Source: Haliotis rubra
Lineage: Eukaryota
Direction: 5' to 3'
Assembly: GCF_003918875.1 (NCBI RefSeq)
Contig: NW_025767658.1
Span: 124,001 to 188,000, forward strand
Length of the DNA: 64,000 nt
Shown in pieces: positions 38,401 through 47,629 of this stretch (positions within the stretch are counted from its first letter, which is position 1; every line of letters begins with the position of its first letter). The notes beneath the pieces were generated by a model. That model saw only the letters and a list, made by a program, of their open reading frames with translations. It searched no databases and was not told the DNA's origin. Both the position numbers and the translations under genes were made by a program.

Positions 38401-39585
38401 CACTTTGGGGGTCTCATAGTATTCTTTAGAAACAATTTCGGAACTTTTGGAATTTCAAATTATCGTCTTGTACGATTTACATCTGAGGGTTCATGTCATT
38501 TGCTCGGGATTTTATGATGCACACGTAAAATCGTAAGACGCTGTGAGGGTATGTGTTTTCATCACTTGATGTGAAGCAGTTTCATTGCAGCTCTGAAGAT
38601 CCATATCAGCGACCCCACAAAACTGATTCTGGACAACTTCCTCACATTTAACATTCAAAAGAGGGGCGACATAGAGGTGAAGGTCAGTATATCAAATGTA
38701 CCATGAATACAGGAAAATACGGCTTTGGATTCGTCAGGGAGGTCACATGTATCAGAACTGCATTAATGGCGTGAATGATCTGGGTTATAAATTGTCTTCA
38801 GTACCCCATGCCTGTCGTAAGAGACGACTAACGGGATCGGACGGTCAAGCTCGCTGACTTGGTTGACACATATCATCGTTAAACAAACAAACAAACACTG
38901 GCCCGAAGCTCATTCTGCTGATCACTGGATTGTCTGGTCCAGATTCGATAATTTATAGCCCGCCGCCATATAGCTGGAATATTGCTGAGTGCGGCGTACA
39001 TCTAAACTCACTCACTAACTCAAACACTGGCCTTGTGAGCAGAACGTCTGCAATTTGAAAAATTACCCATAGGACGGCATGTCAAAAGTGTTTTGAAGCA
39101 GTAATAGTTCTTGAAATATCCATGTACTTCACAGGTAACATCATCAGTCTCACAATGTCGGTAGAACGACTTGCGACAACAAAAATATGTCATATACATG
39201 GACTTACCCAATAAGGGTTGAACATGTTAATCACCGGCGGCGTCCTCCTGTGGCTTGCACGGGTGTTCTGATAAATATTACGAATTGAAACTCACACCGA
39301 AAGGAGAAATTTCCTGTTCATTTAGGAGCGTGCGGTAGCCTCGTGGTTAAAGCGCCCGCTCGTTCGGCTGAAGACCCGGGTTCGACTCCCCACATGGGTA
39401 CAATGTGTGAAGCTTAAGGATCTCGTAACACCATACCCACACACAATTAATATTACAGTAATGCATGCAAAGCCTGTTGATATGGACTCTTGTCCTCTTC
39501 TGCAACAGCGGTTTAAGGATTTTACTTTTATTCACAGGGGAAAGGTGTGATGTCTACATATTGGTTGCTGGCGTCCTCCCCCTAG
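5104..39585 (+). CDS. NPR1-like: Receptor-type (membrane) guanylyl cyclase, natriuretic peptide receptor 1/2-like; 23 coding exons, ~1017 aa; apparent frameshift in exon 15
   Basis: Exons joined by GT-AG introns in consistent phase. Signal peptide [16 protein letters not shown]; ANF-receptor ectodomain ([23 protein letters not shown]); juxtamembrane [10 protein letters not shown]; [24 protein letters not shown]; kinase-homology domain ([17 protein letters not shown]); hinge [16 protein letters not shown]; cyclase [60 protein letters not shown]. Glu in VETIGD and Cys in RYCLFG indicate GTP specificity. Exact orthology cannot be determined here. Confidence 0.95.
6503..7050 (+). mobile_element. 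Internally deleted Tc1/mariner element
   Basis: TIRs tacacaaagaacttagttaagcaccct / agggttgcttaattaagttctttgtgta with TA flanks; remnant [18 protein letters not shown]...LHEEW from the transposase C-terminus. Confidence 0.85.
10421..10567. other. Assembly gap (others at 3576-3738, 5559-5780, 58352-58534)
   Basis: Runs of N; this one hides the exon 2 acceptor. Confidence 1.
10568..10926 (+). CDS. Receptor GC exon 2 (5' end lost in N gap)
   Basis: [20 protein letters not shown]...KANQEAR; donor G|gtatgt; acceptor lies in gap 10421-10567. Confidence 0.9.
10910..11260 (+). repeat. ~116-bp tandem repeat x3 including the exon 2 splice donor
   Basis: aaccaggaagctagag|gtatg recurs at ~10911, ~11020, ~11127 and degenerately at ~11236. 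Confidence 0.9.
11907..12058 (+). CDS. Receptor GC exon 3
   Basis: ttacag| [31 protein letters not shown]...WQRNDEHDE |gtat. Confidence 0.9.
12421..12587 (-). mobile_element. tRNA-derived SINE family A (~165 bp), representative copy
   Basis: A box tagcctagtgg, B box ggttcgaatcc, tail (CAGT/CACT)n, 15-bp TSD. Other copies near 5933, 7720, 9739, 9990, 11690, 14855, 18306, 18845, 18988, 22460, 23051, 36592, 39326, 44682, 47918, 57664, 62342. Confidence 0.9.
12875..13009 (+). CDS. Receptor GC exon 4
   Basis: cacag| [14 protein letters not shown]...[21 protein letters not shown] |gtgagt. Confidence 0.9.
13787..14215 (-). mobile_element. Repeat family E: AT-rich non-LTR 3' end (LINE 3'UTR or SINE) with (CACT)n tail
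   Basis: Related copies at ~6170-6490 and ~8520-8920; ends in the same stem-loop tail as SINEs A, B and C. Confidence 0.65.
15520..16400. repeat. ~75-80-bp degenerate minisatellite containing the SINE A 5' end
   Basis: Unit gcgggagggtagcctagaggttgatataacgtggaaacgacgttaatcccaacccacacaatgtctttcatgctat. Confidence 0.85.
16526..16661 (+). CDS. Receptor GC exon 5
   Basis: ttcag| [23 protein letters not shown]...MWNRTFN G|gtatgt. Confidence 0.9.
17413..17521. mobile_element. Palindromic MITE (Harbinger-like termini)
   Basis: ggcctagattttcgaagctctc...gagagcttcgaaaatctaggacc, nearly a full hairpin; a similarly built short element lies at ~11435-11530. Confidence 0.7.
17701..17795 (+). CDS. Receptor GC exon 6
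   Basis: ttccag| [32 protein letters not shown] |gtgcgt. Confidence 0.9.
18940..19303. mobile_element. hAT-like MITE, itself carrying a SINE A and inserted in another SINE A
   Basis: Termini cagggtatgaaa / tttcgaacgctg; interrupts SINE A 18845-19385. Confidence 0.55.
19857..19989 (+). CDS. Receptor GC exon 7 (juxtamembrane Cys pair)
   Basis: tccag| VVGEYDG...[25 protein letters not shown] |gtcagt. Confidence 0.9.
20567..20633 (+). CDS. Receptor GC exon 8 (transmembrane helix)
   Basis: tgtcag| [22 protein letters not shown] |gtaccg; phase 1 to 2 fits its neighbours. Confidence 0.85.
21333..21438 (+). CDS. Receptor GC exon 9
   Basis: ttacag| [36 protein letters not shown] |gtattt. Confidence 0.85.
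21493..22220. repeat. (GAGT)n / GAGTGGGAGGGT microsatellite array
   Basis: Direct observation; a similar array lies at 30378-30635. Confidence 0.95.
23333..23401 (+). CDS. Receptor GC exon 10
   Basis: cgcag| [23 protein letters not shown] |gtaatg. Confidence 0.8.
23421..24892. mobile_element. Non-autonomous DNA transposon whose left arm is expanded into a 40-bp satellite (23430-24400)
   Basis: Termini accaaggtaacac / gtgctagttggt; acaacgttgt palindromes at both ends; unit gacacaacgttgtgggaaggttgtagattggtaacgtcat. Confidence 0.65.
25035..25115 (+). CDS. Receptor GC exon 11
   Basis: ttgcag| [27 protein letters not shown] |gtaagt. Confidence 0.88.
25400..27800. repeat. ~60-bp G/T-rich minisatellite (2.4 kb)
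   Basis: Unit ggaggttgattgtgagaggtgggtggtgggtgagggtggaggttgatgatggagtgtgat. Confidence 0.95.
27924..28028 (+). CDS. Receptor GC exon 12
   Basis: gtcag| [35 protein letters not shown] |gtcaga. Confidence 0.9.
28050..28358. repeat. 17-bp tandem repeat
   Basis: gaactgacagttataac / gaactgacggttatatc. Confidence 0.95.
29080..29151 (+). CDS. Receptor GC exon 13
   Basis: ccacag| [24 protein letters not shown] |gtgagt. Confidence 0.9.
29752..29914 (+). CDS. Receptor GC exon 14
   Basis: ctacag| [36 protein letters not shown]...QEYLN |gtgcgt. Confidence 0.9.
31037..31187 (+). CDS. Receptor GC exon 15 (1-nt frameshift at G run 31067-31071)
   Basis: caacag| [11 protein letters not shown] in one frame, [29 protein letters not shown]...VS in another; donor G|gttgta. 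Confidence 0.88.
31734..31902 (+). CDS. Receptor GC exon 16
   Basis: ttccag| [17 protein letters not shown]...[27 protein letters not shown] |gtgagt. Confidence 0.9.
32020..33115. repeat. 21-bp-based higher-order minisatellite
   Basis: Variants of gtgaccattcttccc.. recur in a fixed order with ~126-bp periodicity. Confidence 0.9.
33249..33500. repeat. ~82-bp tandem repeat x3
   Basis: cagacatgcatagatatgtttcaattctgtagtctgaccacaaaccagtttgaacca. Confidence 0.9.
33672..34202. mobile_element. MITE/foldback element with ~210-bp inverted arms
   Basis: Left arm ctatagactgtttgcggtgaaaacgtac...gtattacaagggggta is mirrored by tacccccttgtaatac...gtacgttttcactgcaaacagactatag. Confidence 0.85.
34416..34568 (+). 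CDS. Receptor GC exon 17 (coiled-coil hinge)
   Basis: ttgtag| [31 protein letters not shown]...LLYQILP |gtagac. Confidence 0.92.
35087..35210 (+). CDS. Receptor GC exon 18 (cyclase)
   Basis: ctacag| [41 protein letters not shown] |gttagt. Confidence 0.93.
35278..35635 (+). mobile_element. tRNA-derived SINE family C (~350 bp, MetaSINE-like body)
   Basis: A and B boxes; gtcataccaaaagac...ccctgcctggcgctcggcatta body; (CACCT)n tail; TSD tccacgtctgac. Near-identical copies at 19420-19766(-), 20890-21178(-), 42470-42823(-), 57999-58351(+). Confidence 0.9.
35971..36039 (+). CDS. Receptor GC exon 19
   Basis: cctcag| [23 protein letters not shown] |gtaccc. Confidence 0.93.
37137..37311 (+). CDS. 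Receptor GC exon 20
   Basis: tcccag| [19 protein letters not shown]...LRIGLHS G|gtagga. Confidence 0.93.
37854..37952 (+). CDS. Receptor GC exon 21
   Basis: acacag| [33 protein letters not shown] |gtgagg. Confidence 0.93.
38591..38682 (+). CDS. Receptor GC exon 22
   Basis: ttgcag| [31 protein letters not shown] |gtcagt. Confidence 0.92.
39538..39585 (+). CDS. Receptor GC exon 23 (last coding exon)
   Basis: tcacag| [15 protein letters not shown] (TAG 39583-39585). Confidence 0.92.
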   Translation, partial: GKGVMSTYWLLASSP

Positions 39586-40730
39586 TCTCCTGACACTGGC
39601 GGAAGATCTCCCCCAATCGTCTTTTGTGACTAGTGATTATTGTCAATGTCAAACTTTCCTGCCTAACTTATATAAACATTAAGTTTTCAGTCTTACAAAG
39701 TATTGAATAAGCACGACATGGCCACTAGCTTTGGGAGGGAGTAATTAAAGGAAGCCATAGAACTTCACCCTGAGGAAATTGGAAACGTGTGAAATCCCTC
39801 AATCAGTTAAGATTTCAAGTAACGTGAAAAACGAAGCCTCGTTTGGATACAGAGCTGCAGTTGAAATCACCGCTCGATGACTACCCTCAAGTGCCTCACC
39901 GATGTGGTACCAACAGAGACAGATTGTAATAATGTCGTCATATACTTGCATGGTTCTTGAGACCGATTGTGATGATGTCATGTGATGCCACTCCTACCTC
40001 AAATGTCATATATATTCAAAGATCGACTTAATCTTTGAAGAAAACTTCAAACGGAGAAACGTTGTAATTAAGTCGTTTCATGCATATATTTGCATAAATC
40101 TTTATCAGTCCTGCCTGAGATGTCAAGTTCATTCATTGGTCGATGTAAATTTTGATAAAAGAAATTCCGTGGTTGTGGTAAATATGGCAAATGATTTATT
40201 GCCACCCCATTGGAATCGAACTCTCGTCCATAGGGTGAGAAGGTCAAGGTTATGATAAAGAGAAACCGTACTATAGCTTGTGCTGCACTTCACAGAACAA
40301 ATGTTACTGCATATGTAATCAAACCATTCTGATTGGATATTGCATTGAAAAGGTCAAGGTCAAAATGACTTACGGGTCAAGGTTCAGCTTTTGTTGTGTA
40401 AACCATAATATCTTTGTCATCATCTGTGATAAAGAATACTCTCTACAGCCTATACGCCTAAAGCAAAGCTTAATAGGAAACTCTCCATGAGGACAGCGCC
40501 ATACAATTTATAACAAAAGACACCGGAAACCAAGATATATTCCAGCTTTTATTAGGATGCCTGTTAGTAAAAGAGTTTTAGTGCCCGAAGTCCATCAAGC
40601 TGGAATATAAAGGAAAGTAGATAGATTAAACAGACAAAAATAATTTGAAGGATTTCATAAATTAAGCCTAGGCAGTCCGCCTGTCTTAAATCATTCGTCT
40701 CTGATTCTGATTATGATATCACAATACATG

Positions 40731-41400
40731 TATATACACATGGAAAAAGTATCGCAACATCTGATATGTTTCATGGTATTACTATTTTACCATTATCCAA
40801 AGCAACGTTGTCCCAAAGCATGTCCCAGTACATCAAGCACTTGTCCAAGGGATCTTTCTGGAGTATTCTGCGGCTCATAATGTCCTGTACCATCTCTATC
40901 CCATTGAGAGCTGGACTCCAGTTGGGCCCAGGAAAGCTAGCGGGTAGAGTTGCTACCGACTCTTGACATAAGACAACACCAACGGTACGTGCACGATGTG
41001 TCCTAGCATTGTCGTCCATGACAACGTTGTCTACTATGTCAGTGATGTACTGTTTTCTGTTCAGAATTTTTACTGATCGTTATATGATCACGTTTACACC
41101 AACAGTATTAGCTACAAGGGATTCCGTTTGCTTTAATCATAAGAAAGAACGTCTGGTTGCCTCAATATCCGACCAGTTTTAGATGTCGGTCGTTCTGTTG
41201 GACAAACGACGATAAAGCGGCCACGATGTAGACATGTTGTCATCACGAGACGTGACAATGTAGTTGCAGTTCTGTGATGCTGAGGGGTTGGGGGAGGGAA
41301 GGGGCTGTATGCCCCCAAGGAGGCACGTGGTCGACCTCAACGCTGACGGGCCTTAACGTCATTAGTTTACTGATGTCTGGCCAATCAGCTGATAGCCGAT
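40731..41400 (-). mobile_element. Degenerate Tc1 transposase remnant
   Basis: MDDNARTHRARTV...SPALNGIEMVQDIMSRRI (DD34E region); upstream GRPR and RTATTL remnants. Confidence 0.75.
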
Positions 41401-43549
41401 GGATGACAAACAACACCTGTCAAAAGCCCTTCATGACATGCCAATAACTTGCCATCAACTGCTTCGAGTAGTCAAGGCCCCATTTGTTCTTATCAACAAC
41501 GAAATCAATGGATTTTCAAAGTGTAAAAAACAGTTTACTGAAATTGTGGATGACTGACGGTAACACTTGTTGTACGTGATGCTAGCCCTTGAAGGTAGCA
41601 CGTGCATATCTAAAAGCAATATGCAGTACGCACCAAGGCCCAAATTCATACCAACAAACACATGATATGAATGTGAATGTGAATTGCTGTATGGGGTTTA
41701 AAAATCATCGTTGGTGTGATACGTTTCCCATGTGTATAGACGTGGATCAGGGTATTCAAACTAACTGGACCAAGAGTGTCAGAACATATTTATACTAATT
41801 TACTAAATCGTTGTGTGTACTGCAATACGACTACAAACAGAAACGAATCTTTCTTTTTTTTAAATCAGTAATACATACAGCGCCAGAAGACATGTACACT
41901 CATGAACTGACGCTCTGACTATTTTAGTTTGTTGGTTCCTTGTTTAACGCCACAATCAGTAATGTTCCAACTATAGGCAAATGTTTTTAAGTAATGGAGA
42001 CTGGGCCAGACAATCCAGTGATCAACATCGCACTGAGCGCACGACGGCATGCATCAACCATTCCTGCGACCCTGACCACCCGATCCCGTTAGTCCCCTCT
42101 TACGACAAGCATGGGTTGCTGAAGATCAATTCTAACCCGGATCTTCACGGGTATATGGATATAGAATAAGTGTCTACACATTGAAGTGAATCACGATATT
42201 CCAATGAATATGTCTCGAAGATGACGACGATACTCACGTGTGTTTTGCGGAACGACACACATGGTTCCTCCGCAGTTGGTACCGCAGCACAGCATTCCTG
42301 TTGGGATACACACAGCACATGGGACGTCATCGGTTATACCACAACGGGAATATAGTTCATTAGTTACATCACTCTTATAAACAGAGATATAGAGATACTA
42401 GCCACAAAGTGACAGACATGCTATGGATCATGTCTTGATATATTATAACAAATCGACCATGAGGATTAAAGGTGAGGTGAGGTGAAATGGGGTTTTACGT
42501 CGTGCTTGAGAATATTTCGCTCATATGACGACGTGCATGCGTGTGTATGTGCAGTGCGGCTGTTTGTACTAGCCCAGACTTCAGCTGGTTTTATAGTGCT
42601 AGCCCACTGAGATACCATGCCGCAGTGAAGCATGAATACCCCACTCAGACACAGTATACTGCCTCCGAGCCAACCAGTCCTTGTACCAATTAATGCCGAG
42701 CGCCAGGCAGGGGCCAACAAGTACCATATTTTAACGTCTTTTGGTATGACGCGGACGGGGATCGAACCCGCAACCTTCCGCTCTCCGGGCGGACGTTCTA
42801 ACCACTACACCACGGAGGCGGTCCATGAGGATTAAAATGAACTAATACGTAATTATCTGGTAACCTCTTTTGGGCCTCAGTTTTATGATGAACTGAAAGA
42901 GGCCTGCAATACTGGGCACGGTTTTGAAAATCCAGCGTATGACAGGATCATTGCACATTCTTATCCGTGTGCAACATCTGCTATTGAAAATTGCACCTAA
43001 ATGCACTTTTGCCCCGTGGTAACCCAGACAGCATGACTCAAACTAGGTCAAAGAAACATGCCATTGCAAACCACTTTGTTTGAGTGATAATAGGGTATAC
43101 AATCAGTATTGGACTTTTCGATCAGCTACTCGGCAACATGCAGGTGGTCGACAGTGTTCCACCTTACAGCGGAAAGACGGGTTTCTCATGATTGACATCA
43201 CGTCCATACACACACATCTAAGCATACGACAACAGCAGACCTACCTTGAGGGCACCCCGCATATCCAAGCATACGACAACAGCAGACTTACCTTCTGGGC
43301 TCCCCACACATCCAAACTCACGACAACAGCAGACTTACCTTCTGGGCAGCCTGGTCGGTCATCCCGTCCACACATGATAGGGCAGATGCCGGAATAAGGC
43401 GAACGAACGCGAGGACAACCTGTTGAAAGGGGAGTGAGAACTATTATATATACCCTGCAGATGAATTCCAAGTTATCATATAAAAAGTTATAATAAAAAG
43501 GTAGGCGGGGTAATGATATCCACATGTAGAATAGGCATTCACAGAGACA

Positions 43550-43760
43550 GGTGGAGACTTTAGAATCATTTCCTACCGAGGATTGCACCAAAATGCACTT
43601 TCGTCTCTCTATCAAGCGAGGACTGTTTCAGGGCGATTCCTTGAGTCCTTTTCTTTTCTGTTTGTCACTCAGTCGTAACGAGGAAGGTTGTCGTTGCCAA
43701 CCAGGACCCCATTCAGAAGAAATCTCCAAAATCTCACCTCAACTCCTTCACATAGTACCT
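43550..43760 (+). mobile_element. Non-LTR RT fragment (R4/Dong-like)
   Basis: IKRGLFQGDSLSPFLFCLSL is the RT QGD-LSP motif. Confidence 0.65.
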
Positions 43761-45794
43761 TGAAATTATTGCCAGAGTAGAATCCACCTCGGGAAAGGCG
43801 ATTCTCCTTGTCGGCTCGCCGCGAATAGCTGCTCACTTGCTGATTCGGCGTTAAACAACATGTACTCTCACACAATCCTTGTTGAGTCTTTCAAGCTCCA
43901 CAAAACCAACATCATTCATCTGACACGTAGCAAAGCACAAAGAGTATGACCGGCAATTGACCTGGTGCAGAATTGATTGACTATCTGCTTGGTGGTCAAA
44001 TCTGTAATACTTATGGAGACAGGTTAGAACGTCCTACCATATTCATGCGGTGTTTTTGATTGGGCGAAACAGGAATTTGACACACTCACACAAAAAATTC
44101 ACGTTAGACAATATTAAAATCTGTTTGAGTTTGATCTTTCCTTTGACTGCCGAGACATTAACTGAGAACTAATTTACTTGGGAAAAAACTAAAACAATAA
44201 TATATTGCGGAAGGTGTTCTGCACTTGTTGGTTGATGACTTAGAAGGAAGGGGTTCGGCTTCTAACATCAGTTAAGAGGTTGAAGCATATTCTGTCTGTC
44301 TCTCACCGTGACAATGCTGAGGGAGTGCTGAGCTGTAACATCTCAATTAAAGTCTCTTTTTTTCAAAAGCTTAAAATATATTTCATACTGATTATTTACA
44401 TTAGATTAATCTAAATATGTATTAATATTCATACTGAAAATATCCTACTTACCACCCGTTGTTGGCCATTGCGGAAAGTTCACGCTTGCTGTAATTAAAA
44501 CGAAGTTATTGAAGATCTATAAATGCCAGTGCACCTGAAATCATCACATAATTACAGAGGGGTTTACAAATATACTCACGTTATTGTTTGTGAGCATATC
44601 TTAGACGTTTGCAGATGGCAACACCATGCCATGTGTAAGGTTATACTCTATATTTCATTGTGTAACAGGGGCGTTTCTATCTGAGTGAGTGAGTACGATG
44701 TTACGCCGCTTCTAGCAATATTCCAGCTATATCCCGGTGGGGGACACCAAAAATGAGCTTCACACATTGTACCCATGAGGTAAACCGTGGGCTTCGGCGT
44801 GATAGGTCAACGTTTTAACCACTAGGCTACCCCACAGCCCCTTAAATATACATCCTTATACCATCGCTATTATACATATAGCTATAGACGATGTTATCTG
44901 AGACGATATTATCTGTGAACTATGTCAATCTTTACACCAAAAACTATTTGAAACAAATGGCAATAAATTCCATATTGTTCAGTGAAGCCTATTCGGGTGT
45001 CCCCTGCTGTGATATTGCTGGAATATGGCTAAAAGCGGCGTAAAACTAGACTCACTCACTCGGTCACTCACTCGAAGTTGGTCCATGCTGATCCTTGTAC
45101 TGTCGCTATCAAAGTTACATATAGGCGTCCTTAACCTAAATCTATCTTCAAAACCTAAATAGGGTGCATGTAAAACTAAATTCACTCACTCACTCCATGC
45201 TGATCCCTGTACTGTCTCTATTACAGTTACATATAGACGTTAGTCCTTAATCTATATCTACTTTCAAAACCTAAATAGGGTGCATGTAAAACCAGGGATC
45301 GTTGCGGAACGAAATATCGTCATAATTAGAGGTAAAGAAAAAAGGTTGTATTCATAAATCTTATTCCACCTTGAAATCATGGGATTTCGATATATATATA
45401 CTCAGTTCCAAAATAAATTTGTATCACGTGAAATTGAGACAATGGTGAACAAAGAGATTCTGTGCTCATGAAAACATGCTAAGTGAACACTGCCATTACA
45501 TTACATTGTAAGAGTCCTTACATTGAACACACGATTGTAAATAAGACGTCGTATTGCGCTGTTTACTAACGTCATTGAAGACTCATGGAACGTGGCATTC
45601 CAGTCTCCATTATCAGTCCCTACCGCCTTGATTTATGTTTCATGTCAATTTGAACATTCTCATATCTTTTGAAATTCAGTGTACTATCACAGTAACCATC
45701 AGCAACCAGTGTTAGCCGTAGAAATCAAAACAGAGTAGCCGGTGGTCAGTCTCGCTGACTTGGTTAATGCAAGCCATTGTATCTCATTTGCATA

Positions 45795-46030
45795 GACCCG
45801 TGAAGGTCCGGGTTAGAATGAGCCTTCAGTAACCCATACTTGTCGTAAGAGGCGACTAACGGGATCGGGTGGTCAGGCTCGCTGGCTTGGTTGACACATG
45901 TCATCGGTTCCCAATTGCGTAGATGGATGCTCATGTTGTTGGTCACTGGATTGTCTGTTCCAGACACGATTATTTACATACTGCCGCCTTATAGCTGGAA
46001 TATTGCTGAGTGCGGCGTAAAACTAAACTC
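45795..46030 (+). mobile_element. SINE family B (~240 bp, structured head with no A box), representative copy
   Basis: gacccgtgaag...gtcgtaagaggcgactaacgggatc...gctggaatattgctgagtgcggcgtaaaac. Other copies near 5490, 8236, 12328, 20050, 22521, 25241, 28735, 31394, 36141, 38770, 41925, 46043, 50630, 56471, 62628; several have TSDs. Confidence 0.88.
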
Positions 46031-47629
46031 GAGCATGACCATCGATCCCGTTAGTCGCCTCTTACGACAAGCATGGGTTGCTGAAGATTAATTCTAACCC
46101 GGACCTTCGCGGGTCTTCTCATAATCGAACACAAACAATTTGGGAAGTAATGGAACACTTGTTTGCATTAACAATATTTTTCACAAGGTTGGTTTTGTCT
46201 GTTACAGTTCATAAGCACTACAAGCTCATTCAAAGTCATGATTGAAAACATCTGATAGACTCCGGTAAATTTATACTCATGCCAATAATGGTTGTCACCT
46301 CCCTCCCCACCCCAACCCCACACACACCCCACACACCCGTCCCACACACTCTCCAATAAAAAAATGTAAGGGGTTGACAACCATTATTGACATGAGTATA
46401 GATTCCTAACACACCAGTCTTCATTTAAGGATGTGAAAATTGCAAAAGCATTTTGTGCAATTTGCAAAAGAAATCCGAAAGAACTACCTGTTTTTATCTT
46501 CTTTATTGTTGGTGCATGAACAAATATAACCCGGAAAAATTGATACATGACGCTAACCAATTGTCATTGATGATTGATCGGTTGTATTGAACCAATCATC
46601 AATTAAGAGATTTTAACCAATTCCCAACACTAGTGTCTAACACTGCGGACATGTTGGAATATTACTATGACAGACGTGCATCCAGTTTTACTGCAGAAAA
46701 TAAATAAATATGTTACCGGACAGAGCCACAGAACAGAGCACAGCACACACCAGTAGAATCTTCATGACTTTAATAATGACTGGTTTGAAAGTGAACAGTG
46801 GTAAACTGGCAGATGTCTTTGTGATAACACATGCTGATTAGACATGCCTCTCATATTTCGGTTTTTCTTCTCAATAACTAGATAAAGGTTATTTAAGTAA
46901 CTAAATAAGCTCCGGTGGAAAAATGGTAACTAAAGTTAGGGTATGATGACCCGCAAGGAAGAGGTTTTCAGGCTACCCGTGGTAAACCTGTGGGAATTTG
47001 TCATACGCATAGAGCCATACTGACTGCTATTACAGAGGTCACTAGGGACCGTTAATAATTTATGGCTAGGGGGCTGATGATGATTTTAAAGGGGAAGGGA
47101 GTGGGGGTGTCATCCGTATTGTTCTGGGGGAGTCAGGGGTCATCAATTTTACTTGGGGGCAATTTTGTACATAGATATATTAAAAAGATATACTAAAAAT
47201 TATCGGAAGGGAAGGTGGTGTGGGGGGGGGGTGATTGTCTTTGTACATGACATGTAGGGCGGGTGGCTTACTTTGTCCCATTGTACACACTTCTCCATGA
47301 AATTAAATATAGTCAAATGAACCAAATCTAGGGTTCTTAAAACTTCTTTTTGCGATTCCCGCGGCCGGACGCCATAAATAAACAGATTCATTTAGAAAGA
47401 ATATTAACCACTTTCTGTCACGATGGAAGAACTACACACTACATTTCCAAGGTTCCAGCAAAAATATCTGACATTTCATCATATAGATAAACATGTAGAT
47501 GTCCCACACCTGTCCCATTCTATCTAAGTCCTTATCATGGTGTACAACTCGGCCAACTGACGTGGAGGTCAAATGATAACGTGTTCATTTGAACGCCTTC
47601 AGCGACCAGTCCCAGTCGTTGTTTACAAC

